Positions 17,663 through 29,111 of a DNA stretch of 64,000 bases are shown here, piece by piece. The position numbers and the translations under genes were made by a program. Under the pieces are notes generated by a model that was not told where the DNA came from, did no database searches, and saw only the letters and a list, made by a program, of their open reading frames with translations. The stretch is from Patescibacteria group bacterium (GTDB lineage Bacteria; Patescibacteriota; Microgenomatia; UBA10105; UBA927). Every line of letters begins with the position of its first letter. Positions within the stretch are counted from its first letter, which is position 1. Location: contig DATKGN010000004.1 in assembly GCA_035510735.1 (NCBI GenBank), positions 243,810-307,809 on the forward strand, in the 5' to 3' direction.

Positions 17663-19267
17663 ATGGATGATCAACCATTAACAACCGGCACAGTCGTGAT
17701 GAGCGATATTCCCCAATCCCCGCAGGAGACAGTCCCGCCACCGGATTTAGGAATTACTCCGTCGCCTGTGTCTCCCGCGCCCTCTGCGCCTCTGGAGCCT
17801 CCTCAGCCGGCAGCCGCGCCGCCTCCCGATCAGGCGTTTGTCGTCCCATCGGCCCCGACGAATGCTAACCCGTTTATACCACAAACAGTACCTGAGGATA
17901 TACAAAATCAGGCTCCTGTAGAAATTCCGGCGTCTCCACTACCGGCAAGGAATCCGTGGATTAAACGATTTCTTCTTATTGGGGTCATTCTTATCGTTAT
18001 AGCTGTTGCGGTTCTCGGGTTAAATAAACTGGGAATCGGCGGCTCCGCTTTATCAGGTAATGCGAGTCTCACATATTGGGGTCTATGGGAAAATGACGCC
18101 ACAATGCAAAGCGTGCTTGCCAGTTTTGAAGCCGCGCATCCAAACGTGAAAGTAACCTACACTCAGCAATCACCACAACAATACCGGGAGAGGCTGCAGG
18201 CCGCGCTCGGCAGGGGAGACGGGCCGGACGTATTCCGATTCCATAATACATGGGTTCCGATGCTCGCAACCAGTCTATCTACGGCTCCCAGTACGATTAT
18301 GACTGTGCCGCAATTTAACTCGACGTTTTATCCGGTCGCCAACGATGACTTGGTCGGGGGATCCGCAATTTACGGGCTTCCCATCATGATTGACGGCTTG
18401 GGCCTCTATTATAATGAAGACCTGTTTGCCGCAGCAGGCGTCACGCCGCCGACGACTTGGGAGGATGTCCTCAACATCGTTCCGAAATTAACAGTAAAAA
18501 ATGATACGACCATCGTAACGTCAGCTATTGCGCTCGGGACGACCGGTAATGTCGAAAATTACAGTGATATTGTGGCTACTATGATGCTCCAAAACGGTGC
18601 AAAACTGTCCATTCCGTCTGATTCAAAGGCCCAGGAAGCGTTGGTGTTTTATCGTAAGTTTTCGAACCCCTCAGATCCTGTGTATACATGGAATGATTCC
18701 ATGGATAATTCCATCTATGCGTTTGCCAACGGGAAAGTGGCGATGATTTTGGCGCCGTCCTGGCGCGTGTTTGATATTAAACAGATGAATCCACAGCTGA
18801 ATTTTAAAGTTGTGCCTATTCCACAACTACCGGGAAATACCATTAACTGGGCTTCTTATTGGGTCGAAGGTGTTTCTTTAAAGAGTAAGCATCAGGCACA
18901 GGCTTGGGAGTTGGTGCAATACATGACAAGTCATGACGTTGTCTCGAAATTTTATACCGAGGCCGCCAAGACGCGATTATTCGGAGAGCCGTATGCCCGT
19001 GTGGATCTGGGCAACACCATTGTTGACGATCCGTATGTCGGAGCGTATATTAAGGAGGCGCCGACGGCAAAATCGTTCCCGCTCGCATCCCGAACATTTG
19101 ATAACGGTATAAATGATAAATTAATCAAATATCTCGGAGACGCGATAAATGCAGTCGGAGCGGGTACATCTCCGAGTGACGCATTAAATACAGCAGCAAG
19201 CGGGTTTGCTCAGGTTTTTTCTAGTTATGGTTTAACGACAGGTCCTGCTCCGACTACAACTCCGTAA
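17663..19267 (+). CDS. sugar ABC-type extracellular solute-binding protein with Pro-rich N-terminus and TM anchor
   Basis: LTYWGLW, GDGPDVF, YGLPIMIDGLGLYYNEDLF, FANGKVAM. Confidence 0.85.
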   Translation: MDDQPLTTGTVVMSDIPQSPQETVPPPDLGITPSPVSPAPSAPLEPPQPAAAPPPDQAFVVPSAPTNANPFIPQTVPEDIQNQAPVEIPASPLPARNPWIKRFLLIGVILIVIAVAVLGLNKLGIGGSALSGNASLTYWGLWENDATMQSVLASFEAAHPNVKVTYTQQSPQQYRERLQAALGRGDGPDVFRFHNTWVPMLATSLSTAPSTIMTVPQFNSTFYPVANDDLVGGSAIYGLPIMIDGLGLYYNEDLFAAAGVTPPTTWEDVLNIVPKLTVKNDTTIVTSAIALGTTGNVENYSDIVATMMLQNGAKLSIPSDSKAQEALVFYRKFSNPSDPVYTWNDSMDNSIYAFANGKVAMILAPSWRVFDIKQMNPQLNFKVVPIPQLPGNTINWASYWVEGVSLKSKHQAQAWELVQYMTSHDVVSKFYTEAAKTRLFGEPYARVDLGNTIVDDPYVGAYIKEAPTAKSFPLASRTFDNGINDKLIKYLGDAINAVGAGTSPSDALNTAASGFAQVFSSYGLTTGPAPTTTP

Positions 19268-19269
19268 GT

Positions 19270-20169
19270 ATGGCTTTAATGATCTCTGATTATCTTTATG
19301 CAACGGTTGCCTATGCTGATATATTTGATTATCCGCTCTCTACGGACGATCTTTACTATTGGTGTATCCAGCGGGTCCCGCGGAAAAACTTCCGTACGTC
19401 TACTGTGCCCGGTGTTGACCGTTCCGGATATCAACTATTTTTAAAGGGACGGCAAAGCGTGCTTCATACGTACGAAGAGCGTCATGGCGGGTCAAAACGT
19501 AAATGGGAGACTGCACGGCTTGTTGCCCGATGGCTTCAACTCATTCCCACAATATTTCTCGTCGGTGTGACGGGAGGAGTCGCCGTTAATAATGCGGAGC
19601 GGCATGATGATATTGACCTGTTTTTTATCACCGCGCGCGGCACATTATGGATAAGCCGCTTACTTGTGACGATTGCCGTTGATCTTTTGGGTATGCGTCG
19701 GAAGCCGGGCGCCACCAATGTTGCCAATAAAATTTGCCTCAATATGTTTATGAGCGAAGAGGCGATGTGTCTTTCAAAGGGAGAGCAGGACCTATTTAGC
19801 GCCCACGAGGTATTGCAGATGGAGCCCCTGTGGTCGAGAAAAAACACCTATTGGCGTTTTTTACAGGCAAATATTTGGGTAAAAAAATACCTTCCCGTTG
19901 CATGGAATATCAAACAAACCGGCCATAATCAACATCCGAAGATTTCCCACTGGTGGACCAGGTGGTCCCGGAAGGTTCTCCGGCTTTTTGAAACACCGGC
20001 AAAATATTTCCAACTCTGGTATATGGCGCGCAGGAGGACACGTGAAATTATACGGGATGGCGTTTTACGGTTTCATCCGCATGATGCGAGGGCGTGGATA
20101 CGCCATGCGTTTGAAGTTCGGTTAGCCAAACGAAAAATACCTATTGACAAGATTTTTTATACCCGATAA
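19270..20169 (+). CDS. nucleotidyltransferase-fold hypothetical protein
   Basis: YADIFDYPL; GVTGGVA..N...DDIDLF resembles the Pol-beta NTase GS/DxD motif. Confidence 0.6.
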   Translation: MALMISDYLYATVAYADIFDYPLSTDDLYYWCIQRVPRKNFRTSTVPGVDRSGYQLFLKGRQSVLHTYEERHGGSKRKWETARLVARWLQLIPTIFLVGVTGGVAVNNAERHDDIDLFFITARGTLWISRLLVTIAVDLLGMRRKPGATNVANKICLNMFMSEEAMCLSKGEQDLFSAHEVLQMEPLWSRKNTYWRFLQANIWVKKYLPVAWNIKQTGHNQHPKISHWWTRWSRKVLRLFETPAKYFQLWYMARRRTREIIRDGVLRFHPHDARAWIRHAFEVRLAKRKIPIDKIFYTR

Positions 20170-20197
20170 AATAGCAGTCACTTCTTAAGACTGCCAA
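20144..20197 (+). promoter_or_regulatory. groESL promoter and CIRCE-like operator
   Basis: TTGACA(20144-49)-17 bp-TAAAAT(20167-72); ATAGCAGTC-N9-GACTGCCAA (20171-97) versus CIRCE TTAGCACTC-N9-GAGTGCTAA. Confidence 0.8.
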
Positions 20198-20249
20198 CGA
20201 CTTCCAGAAAGTTCAAAGAAGTATATAAATTATTTTTAAAGGAGGAATC

Positions 20250-20546
20250 ATGGCCAAGTTAAATATAAAGCCGTTGTTTGATAATGTTCTCATTAAGCCC
20301 CTAGAAGCTGAAGAAAAGCTTCCTTCAGGAATTATCCTTCCCGATAGCGCGAAAGAAAAACCCCAGATGGGTGAAGTGATGGCCGTAGGCCCGGGATCTG
20401 TTGATGAGAAGGGCAAAGAAGTGAAGATGGTCGTGAAAGTCGGCATGAAGGTTATGTATAAAAAGTGGGGAGGCAATGAAGTTAAAGTAAACGGCGCCGA
20501 ATGGATGCTCGTTGAGCAGAAGGATATATTGGCAATTGTTGAATAA
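20250..20546 (+). CDS. groES: co-chaperonin GroES
   Basis: IKPLFDNVL, SGIILPDSAKEKP, GEVMAVGPG. Confidence 0.98.
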   Translation: MAKLNIKPLFDNVLIKPLEAEEKLPSGIILPDSAKEKPQMGEVMAVGPGSVDEKGKEVKMVVKVGMKVMYKKWGGNEVKVNGAEWMLVEQKDILAIVE

Positions 20547-20559
20547 GAATATAAATGTT

Positions 20560-20588
20560 GTCCTCCTTCGCGTAAAGCTACGGAGGAC
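20560..20588 (+). repeat. CCTTCGC-TAAAGCT-CGG palindromic repeat between groES and groEL
   Basis: gtcctccttcgcgtaaagctacggaggac. Confidence 0.85.
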
Positions 20589-20621
20589 TTAAGACTCGCT
20601 AAATCAAAATAAGAATTTTGA

Positions 20622-22304
<1,683 letters not shown>

Positions 22305-22333
22305 ACCCAACATTGTAACTAAGTGTATAAACT

Positions 22334-22361
22334 CAAAACCCCGCTCCCAAGCGGGGTTTTG
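22334..22361 (+). terminator. intrinsic terminator of groESL
   Basis: caaaaccccgct-ccca-agcggggttttg. Confidence 0.85.
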
Positions 22362-22369
22362 GTAGAAGA

Positions 22370-23593
22370 ATGAAGAAAGATTATCTGCATCTCAAAGAGG
22401 TTGATCGTCAAGAGCTTCTTGTTGTTTTGTTGGGATATTTCGGTAATGCTTCAAGTCTGGCGGTAAATGTACAGCGATATCAAAAAGCAGGCAGCAAAGA
22501 TTTTTTGATTGTTGAAATGGATAAGGAAAGTAAAATACAGAAAGTGAGTTTATCTAGTCACTTTCCAGTAACTAAACTCGAGGAAATAGAAAGCCTTATT
22601 GAAAAAACTCTTTTAAAAAAAAATTCGAGTGTTGGGCATACAATACTTTTCTGTCATGAACCGATAAATGGTTACTTTATTTATAAAGATGAATTTCAAA
22701 TTTTACCAGTACCAAAGGAGGCTCCTCGTCCGGAAGTCTCTTGGGCTGATCATCCCTTCGTTTTGGAGTTTAGATACGAGGGTTCAGATAATCCAAGTGT
22801 AGACTCAATTCGTAAAGGTAATAAGATAACAACATATACACGAATCCTTAATTTACTATTAAACCGAAGCGTAAGCGCTGGTTGGAAGTATGCTCGATTT
22901 GAATGGATATACAATACCGATGATATTCGTCATATGACTTCTCAATGGAAGCAGGTGGGGTATACCTTTCAAGGTGTGAATTTCGACGGTAGTTCTTTTA
23001 CGAGTATAGTTGACATACCAGAACTAAAAAGAGTCGCTAATACAGATTATTATAAAGAATTCTATAGAGGAACTGGAGAATTGCAGCTACCTGATAATCT
23101 CGAGTCATCTCTGGATTCGGCATTTAATCTTCCGGAGGAATTATATAAGAAATTTTTTATGTCTATTAGTTGGCTATCATTTTATAATCATCTTTGGAAT
23201 GTTTCCGCTTCTTCTGCTTTTATAGCTTTAGTTTCTGCGATTGAATGTTTAATTAGAAATTCGGAAATATGTAATGTTTGTCATCAAAATTATGTGGATG
23301 AACTTGACTTTTGTCCAAATTGTAAGCAGCAAAGATACGGATTAACAAGAAGTTTTAAGGAATTTTTAGTGGATTTTATTCCTAATATAAAGAGTTTCCC
23401 TATCGAAAAAAATACTCTATATAATACGCGTTCTCAATTAGCCCACGGTTTAGAACTATTAATGTCCGATTTACAACCTTGGGGTTTTATTATGGGAGCC
23501 AAAGAACAAGAACAACGTGATTTACAAAGTAACTTGTATCGATTGACTAAAATTGGTATTTATAATTGGTTGCAGGTTAGTGGCCAAAAATAG
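22370..23593 (+). CDS. HEPN (ApeA-like) domain protein
   Basis: AFIALVSAIECL...LYNTRSQLAHG (RxxxxH); CNVC..CPNC insert; AT-rich. Confidence 0.65.
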   Translation: MKKDYLHLKEVDRQELLVVLLGYFGNASSLAVNVQRYQKAGSKDFLIVEMDKESKIQKVSLSSHFPVTKLEEIESLIEKTLLKKNSSVGHTILFCHEPINGYFIYKDEFQILPVPKEAPRPEVSWADHPFVLEFRYEGSDNPSVDSIRKGNKITTYTRILNLLLNRSVSAGWKYARFEWIYNTDDIRHMTSQWKQVGYTFQGVNFDGSSFTSIVDIPELKRVANTDYYKEFYRGTGELQLPDNLESSLDSAFNLPEELYKKFFMSISWLSFYNHLWNVSASSAFIALVSAIECLIRNSEICNVCHQNYVDELDFCPNCKQQRYGLTRSFKEFLVDFIPNIKSFPIEKNTLYNTRSQLAHGLELLMSDLQPWGFIMGAKEQEQRDLQSNLYRLTKIGIYNWLQVSGQK

Positions 23594-23844
23594 TGTTCCA
23601 TTAGTTCGATATTTTGGATATACTTTTCAATTTGTTATACCCCATTAATAATATTTTATACGCGGCGGTTTGTATCGGACTTGCGAATCTTCCGTATAAA
23701 CAATAAAGGGACAAGAGACCAAGGCAGTTTAATAATCTTGTCTTATAAAGACTCGCACTAATTTCCACAAATGGGGCTCTAATTCGAAGTAAATATGCAA
23801 TTAAGTATCTTAATAAGATATAATTTTGATTAAAGATAAATAAT

Positions 23845-24726
23845 ATGGGTGGCGAAGCGAACGAATTATTGATTCAAAGACAAGCGGGAATGCTCAGTGA
23901 GTTTGACGCTGTTATCCCACCCGACTCTGTACCGTTGACCGGGCTACGAGAATACATTCATAAAGATCCGATGTCTCATAATCGGAGTCCTTTTATATTG
24001 GCTAGCGGGTATCTATATGTTCATTTATCTAATTCAACTGATGAGAGAGAAAGATTACGCAGACTATTTGATATAGAACCTTCACTTATTAATAAGAGTG
24101 TCATGGATGTAATCAAATCTAAATTAGCGTCAGCGCAATTTAAACACCCGGGTTGGAAATTAGTAACAGATATATTGTATTCTGCTTTGGATTCCGCAAT
24201 TACTAAGCCAATAACGCATAAATTTGTTTTAAACTCACGTAGCCAAGTTTTAGGATGGGGAGAATGCGCGTATGCTGAGGATAGCTTCGCATCAGCATTA
24301 GATATATTTGATTCTGGCTTGGACGAAAAATTAGCATTTTTTTGTGATGAAAATGAAGAACCTGTTATAGCTCAAAAGATTGGCAAAGATGTTAGATTTG
24401 ATGGAGGTCGAGAGTCAACAGCCACGGCGATAGCGCTAAAACCATTAGCGGTTCAAGAGATTTTGGTTCCTCCTGGTACTTTGTTAGGTATTCGAACACG
24501 GAATGAATCGTACATCGGATCAGCGACGGATTTACTTGCCAGTACTTCATACATTACAGGTGTTACACCATTAAGATTCTCTACAATGGTAATCGATAAT
24601 CCCGATGAAGCCCTAGCGACTTTTGGGAAACAATATGCAGCATTACAAAAAGAATGTAAAAATGGCGTCGCTCCGACTATTCAATCTTTTATTGATTACT
24701 ATCGCACTAATATGCGAACACAATAG
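23845..24726 (+). CDS. hypothetical protein
   Basis: 293 aa ORF, no motif recognised. Confidence 0.6.
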   Translation: MGGEANELLIQRQAGMLSEFDAVIPPDSVPLTGLREYIHKDPMSHNRSPFILASGYLYVHLSNSTDERERLRRLFDIEPSLINKSVMDVIKSKLASAQFKHPGWKLVTDILYSALDSAITKPITHKFVLNSRSQVLGWGECAYAEDSFASALDIFDSGLDEKLAFFCDENEEPVIAQKIGKDVRFDGGRESTATAIALKPLAVQEILVPPGTLLGIRTRNESYIGSATDLLASTSYITGVTPLRFSTMVIDNPDEALATFGKQYAALQKECKNGVAPTIQSFIDYYRTNMRTQ

Positions 24727-24832
24727 GCTTGTGAATCGTTAATTTTAGCTTGTCCTCTGTTGCATTCTTCTTGAAGACTATGAAATGCACGGTTTCCGAT
24801 GAAGATCTTTGACACCCGTGTGCGATTGGATT

Positions 24833-25915
24833 TTAGGATGTGGTCAATAAAGATATTAAGTCTTTGGTGAGTAATTCCAAATCGGAAAGGCTTACCGTTT
24901 CGTTCACAGAATGATCATTCTCAACCCCTGTTGAAACGACAAAGACTTCAAGTCCCTTTTCTCCCCGCAGCGGATTTGCGTCACTTGCGACGAACGTTTC
25001 CTTTGTCTCAAATGTACCGCCGTGTTTTTCGATTATATGTTTATATTTTTGCACCAACGGCTCGTCTCCTCCTATTTCATACGCTACGGCGAGCTGATTC
25101 GTAGTAAACGTAACCTCTGCGCCGTTCCTCTTAGCAGCAGAATCAAAAAGTGACTTGAGGTGTGTAATGCGTTTGGCTAATTGTTCTTTGTTGAGGAAAC
25201 TTCTCACTTCCCCTTGGAGCGTAACATTGCCTGGCACCACATTTCTCGCTTTTCCGGCGGAAACGGTACCGATATTTAATTTCGTTCTTCCGTTATCAAG
25301 GTCACCAATATGGATGTCATTACCAATATCGAGAAAGACGGAGAGCGCATTTACGCCCTGTGATAAATCCTTGCCGGGATGGGCTTCTTTCCCCTTAATT
25401 TCAACATCAAAAGCCACATACGCTGCGCCTCGGGAAACTACGACGCCGGCTTTGAATGCGTTATCGTACACAAGGCCGCGTTTAACGTGGTAACGCGTTA
25501 AATCGAGCGCTTTTGCTCCCCGTGAACCGATTTCTTCCTGCACTGTACACGCGAGAATGAGCGGGGGATGCTTCTTTTTCCCGTTCACAATCGACCGTGT
25601 CGCTTCGAGGATGATCGATATACCGGCTATATCGTCTGCCCGCAGATTTGTGCTGCCGTCGCTGTGTAATATGTCTCCTTCTTTTACGGGTACGTGTCCT
25701 TTACTTAGCGGAACGCCATCCATGTGGGCGTTCAGAAGTATGGGTTCGCCTTCGCTCGGCAAATAACCGATAACGTTTCCGATTTCATCTACGTTTACTT
25801 CCAATCCTAAGGAGATTAATTGTTTTTGAAGATATGAAGCTACTTGTTGTTCCTGTTCTGACGGGGAATCGATGCGAGCGAGCTCCCGGAAGGTTGTTTC
25901 AATGGCCTCAATCAT
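24833..25915 (-). CDS. M20 family metallopeptidase (PepT-like)
   Basis: NAHMDGV, RADDIAG, VQEEIG, GKEAHPG, HSVNE; start placed at MIEAIE, 9 nt after TATAAT. Confidence 0.88.
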   Translation of the reverse strand: MIEAIETTFRELARIDSPSEQEQQVASYLQKQLISLGLEVNVDEIGNVIGYLPSEGEPILLNAHMDGVPLSKGHVPVKEGDILHSDGSTNLRADDIAGISIILEATRSIVNGKKKHPPLILACTVQEEIGSRGAKALDLTRYHVKRGLVYDNAFKAGVVVSRGAAYVAFDVEIKGKEAHPGKDLSQGVNALSVFLDIGNDIHIGDLDNGRTKLNIGTVSAGKARNVVPGNVTLQGEVRSFLNKEQLAKRITHLKSLFDSAAKRNGAEVTFTTNQLAVAYEIGGDEPLVQKYKHIIEKHGGTFETKETFVASDANPLRGEKGLEVFVVSTGVENDHSVNETVSLSDLELLTKDLISLLTTS

Positions 25916-26145
25916 AACAAGGGTATTATACACCGGATGACAAAAATTCCGATAATCCTAAATATTGAATCCCCGCATTCCTAGTTTTTTATGTTCTCCA
26001 CATGTTTACCCTGATTTTTTGTTATAATGACGCCTCAAAAGGCTATGAATCCACACGAAACACCCCCTGTTATATTTTGACTTATTTAGCCTATAGTGAT
26101 ATATTCCTTACTACTATTTAGTAGCTATAGTTAAACAATACTCAT

Positions 26146-27432
26146 ATGGGTGTCGAACAAAATCCAACCAGCTCTCCTAGCAAATCCGTTTCCCATTTGG
26201 TGAATGCAACTTTTTGGATGATTGAGGCTTTTGAACATCGTAAAGATATGACTCAACCGTGGGATGACCATGCGATAAATGGGTTACTTGCGGAACGCAA
26301 AATGGTTAATTTGCAAAATGCCCATAGTGCAGTCGTTATCGCACTGGAGCCGTACATTAGTGCGTTACGAAATGATGCATACGTTGTAGATATTGGCATC
26401 GGTGACGGACAATTATACCCGCTATTTTCAAGTGAAAAACATATCCGTCTTATCGGAATAGAGCCCGAACGACAAATGGTAGAACGAGGCGTGACACAGG
26501 GGAGACTGCCTAAAGATATTCAAATAGTAGATACATTGCCGCCATATGATGATATTCCTGATCGATCCATTGACCTTATGTACAGCGTTTCAACGTTTCA
26601 CGCAGTGTCGGAAACTCTTCTTCGATCAATCATCCGAAATTTAAAGCAGAAATTCCGGGGCGACGAACAATTTGTTGGAGTACAAGATATTGGAACAGGG
26701 AATACGTACCTACAGCACGTTTCCCGGGAAACGATGGACAGCATTAGTGAGTATATTTTACGTAAGTACGCGTTGTCTTCGTTTGATATCGGAAAACTAT
26801 TCGATCACGGTGGGTTGTTAGGACTGTATCACGAGCGGGTTCTTATGGACGTTTATCGTTCGATTTCGCATGCTGGACGTGTTCGAAATCAACGAATTGT
26901 TACCATCAATACTCCGAAGGAAATAGAGCAGCTTTCCTTCCACAAATCTTGGGATATGACACGGGAAGTTATCCAGGAAATCGCTCAATATAGGCATTCA
27001 AGCAATAATTTGACGAAATATCGCACCGAAGACGAAATTCGGGCGTATATCAAAACTGGGGATAAAAAGGGAGTTATGAAGATGATACATGCGCTTCACA
27101 GATATCTTAAATTGTTACACGAAATGCCTGATTCATATTTAAATAATCCCATATTTCAAAGAGCAAGGGTTGGTATTAGTGCGCTACTTGGATCTGTGAA
27201 GCAGGATATATATGAAGGCTATTTACAGTATGTTTTTAGTTCAGAGGGGTTTTCAGTTACCCCAAAACGTGCTACTACCTACCGGGAATATGAAGTACAT
27301 GATCCGGTCATATATCCTCCATATGCGTCATCCAGTATAGATGGAAGTTTAAATGGTGTTCCCTCACCGGGAAATCTGAGCATACTTATGAGTACGAGAG
27401 TTTTTGTGGCGGAAAACAAAATGCATGAATAG
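26146..27432 (+). CDS. class I SAM-dependent methyltransferase-like protein with large insertion
   Basis: VVDIGIGDG motif I, IGIEP, SIDLMYS..TFH. Confidence 0.55.
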   Translation: MGVEQNPTSSPSKSVSHLVNATFWMIEAFEHRKDMTQPWDDHAINGLLAERKMVNLQNAHSAVVIALEPYISALRNDAYVVDIGIGDGQLYPLFSSEKHIRLIGIEPERQMVERGVTQGRLPKDIQIVDTLPPYDDIPDRSIDLMYSVSTFHAVSETLLRSIIRNLKQKFRGDEQFVGVQDIGTGNTYLQHVSRETMDSISEYILRKYALSSFDIGKLFDHGGLLGLYHERVLMDVYRSISHAGRVRNQRIVTINTPKEIEQLSFHKSWDMTREVIQEIAQYRHSSNNLTKYRTEDEIRAYIKTGDKKGVMKMIHALHRYLKLLHEMPDSYLNNPIFQRARVGISALLGSVKQDIYEGYLQYVFSSEGFSVTPKRATTYREYEVHDPVIYPPYASSSIDGSLNGVPSPGNLSILMSTRVFVAENKMHE

Positions 27433-27462
27433 TGGTGGCTCCGAGAACCGTTTGCCTATGAT

Positions 27463-28494
27463 TTGCGCATATACTATGCTTACGCTATGGCAGAGCAAGT
27501 CTATAACGAACCGGGAAGTTCTAAGAACGCATTTGAAATCCTCAAACCGCACATTGTCCCCGGCGTCGGACTCGCCGATCTTATCGGCGTTATGAACGCC
27601 CAACAACTTACGCATGAATTTGCGTTCAAAAACGTCGGAGATATTGCCCAGTGGCTTACGAAGAGTTGGTTTGCCAAATTGCCGGAAAAACTTGTAGGAA
27701 TTCTTGAAATACCAAACCCAGGGTTTGAAGAGCGGTCACCCCAACCTCTCATTTATGAAATTCCCGGAGAACATATTAGAGTGAACAAAAAACGGATTGT
27801 CGTTCATGGTGTATTTCATGCGCCGAATTACAATGAAGATGCTCCAAATATTGAATTCCCCGGGATTCTTAGAGATTATGCAAACTTCACATATACAGTG
27901 GGAGATAATTGGTTTTCAGAACAAGGGCTCGATAAGGTTTTTGGCATTTCCAATGTATGTACCCCGTTACATGACATGACGGGTTACGCATTGTCTAGGA
28001 GTACGCTTTTCGACAAAAGTCATCCAAGACCAAAAAACTTAATTGGAAAAGTTGTATATGGGTATAAATTCGCAAAGTATTTTGGTAACGAGGTTTATGG
28101 GGGAGCGAGTGAATTTCACGAAATGAATAAATTTGACGAAAGTAATAGATTATTTGAACGATATACGAACAATTTTCAGGATTTGCTTTTATTAAAGTAC
28201 TTATATAATAACTTTAAAATGCCGGAACCATTACAAATGGAAGTCAATATAGCATTGGATAGTCGTACGAAAGGATTGGGTGAGCAAAATAGAAACGGAA
28301 CAATTCAGAGGTCTCTTCTTCAAGCGTATGAAGTATCCGGTTTACTACCAGAAACAACGTTAGAAAAAGATCATAATTACATCCACGTACTTGTTGGAAT
28401 TACTCATGAACATCAGGTGGTGTACGCCCTTCAACATCCTGATTACGATCCGTTTCAAGCGGTTATCGCGGCTCAAGAACTTATTACGCGGTAA
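27463..28494 (+). CDS. hypothetical protein (start probably ATG 27487)
   Basis: 343 aa ORF, no family recognised. Confidence 0.6.
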   Translation: MRIYYAYAMAEQVYNEPGSSKNAFEILKPHIVPGVGLADLIGVMNAQQLTHEFAFKNVGDIAQWLTKSWFAKLPEKLVGILEIPNPGFEERSPQPLIYEIPGEHIRVNKKRIVVHGVFHAPNYNEDAPNIEFPGILRDYANFTYTVGDNWFSEQGLDKVFGISNVCTPLHDMTGYALSRSTLFDKSHPRPKNLIGKVVYGYKFAKYFGNEVYGGASEFHEMNKFDESNRLFERYTNNFQDLLLLKYLYNNFKMPEPLQMEVNIALDSRTKGLGEQNRNGTIQRSLLQAYEVSGLLPETTLEKDHNYIHVLVGITHEHQVVYALQHPDYDPFQAVIAAQELITR

Positions 28495-28742
28495 ATCTTC
28501 AAGCAGGGAAGCGGTTTTTATATTCCGGTTTTGCGCGCGGTGCTATAATACGGGCTGGAGTTGAATATGCTACAGCAGAATACAGAGAATTTCTTCGGCT
28601 ATCTCTCAGAGACAGACGGAGAATAGTAGATTCTGAAATTAATAACGAGTGGTCACGAAAAGAAGATTCGCAATACTTCAACGGGTGGGCGGAAAATTTA
28701 CCCAATGGTCGGAATCGAATCGTTTGCGAAGAGCGGGGGATT

Positions 28743-29090
28743 ATGAACTATATGATCGGTGGCTTGATTGCTAAAGATGAATCGATTAACCATACCCCAC
28801 TATTATTGCTGGCAACACCCGAAGATTATTTTCATATCATAGATGTTGCGCTAGCAGATAAATTTATCCGTCCAAACGAGCTTGTTGATTTGCAAAAACA
28901 GGTGCGATCGGCAGAAGTCAGTGGTAATCACAATAACATACAAGCGGAATTATATAGATTACTTTCACTCGTGCGCGAACCGTATATTAATTTGCGGGTG
29001 CTTGGATATACGTACGCAGATTTAAAAATAGATTTTTCCAAACCTTTGGATGGGCCAGCCTACATGCCGATTCTGACACCGACTGTTTGA
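28743..29090 (+). CDS. hypothetical protein, 5' end uncertain
   Basis: 115 aa ORF; frame stays open upstream to 28443. Confidence 0.45.
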   Translation: MNYMIGGLIAKDESINHTPLLLLATPEDYFHIIDVALADKFIRPNELVDLQKQVRSAEVSGNHNNIQAELYRLLSLVREPYINLRVLGYTYADLKIDFSKPLDGPAYMPILTPTV

Positions 29091-29111
29091 TAATTTGGTA
29101 TACTAGCTGGC

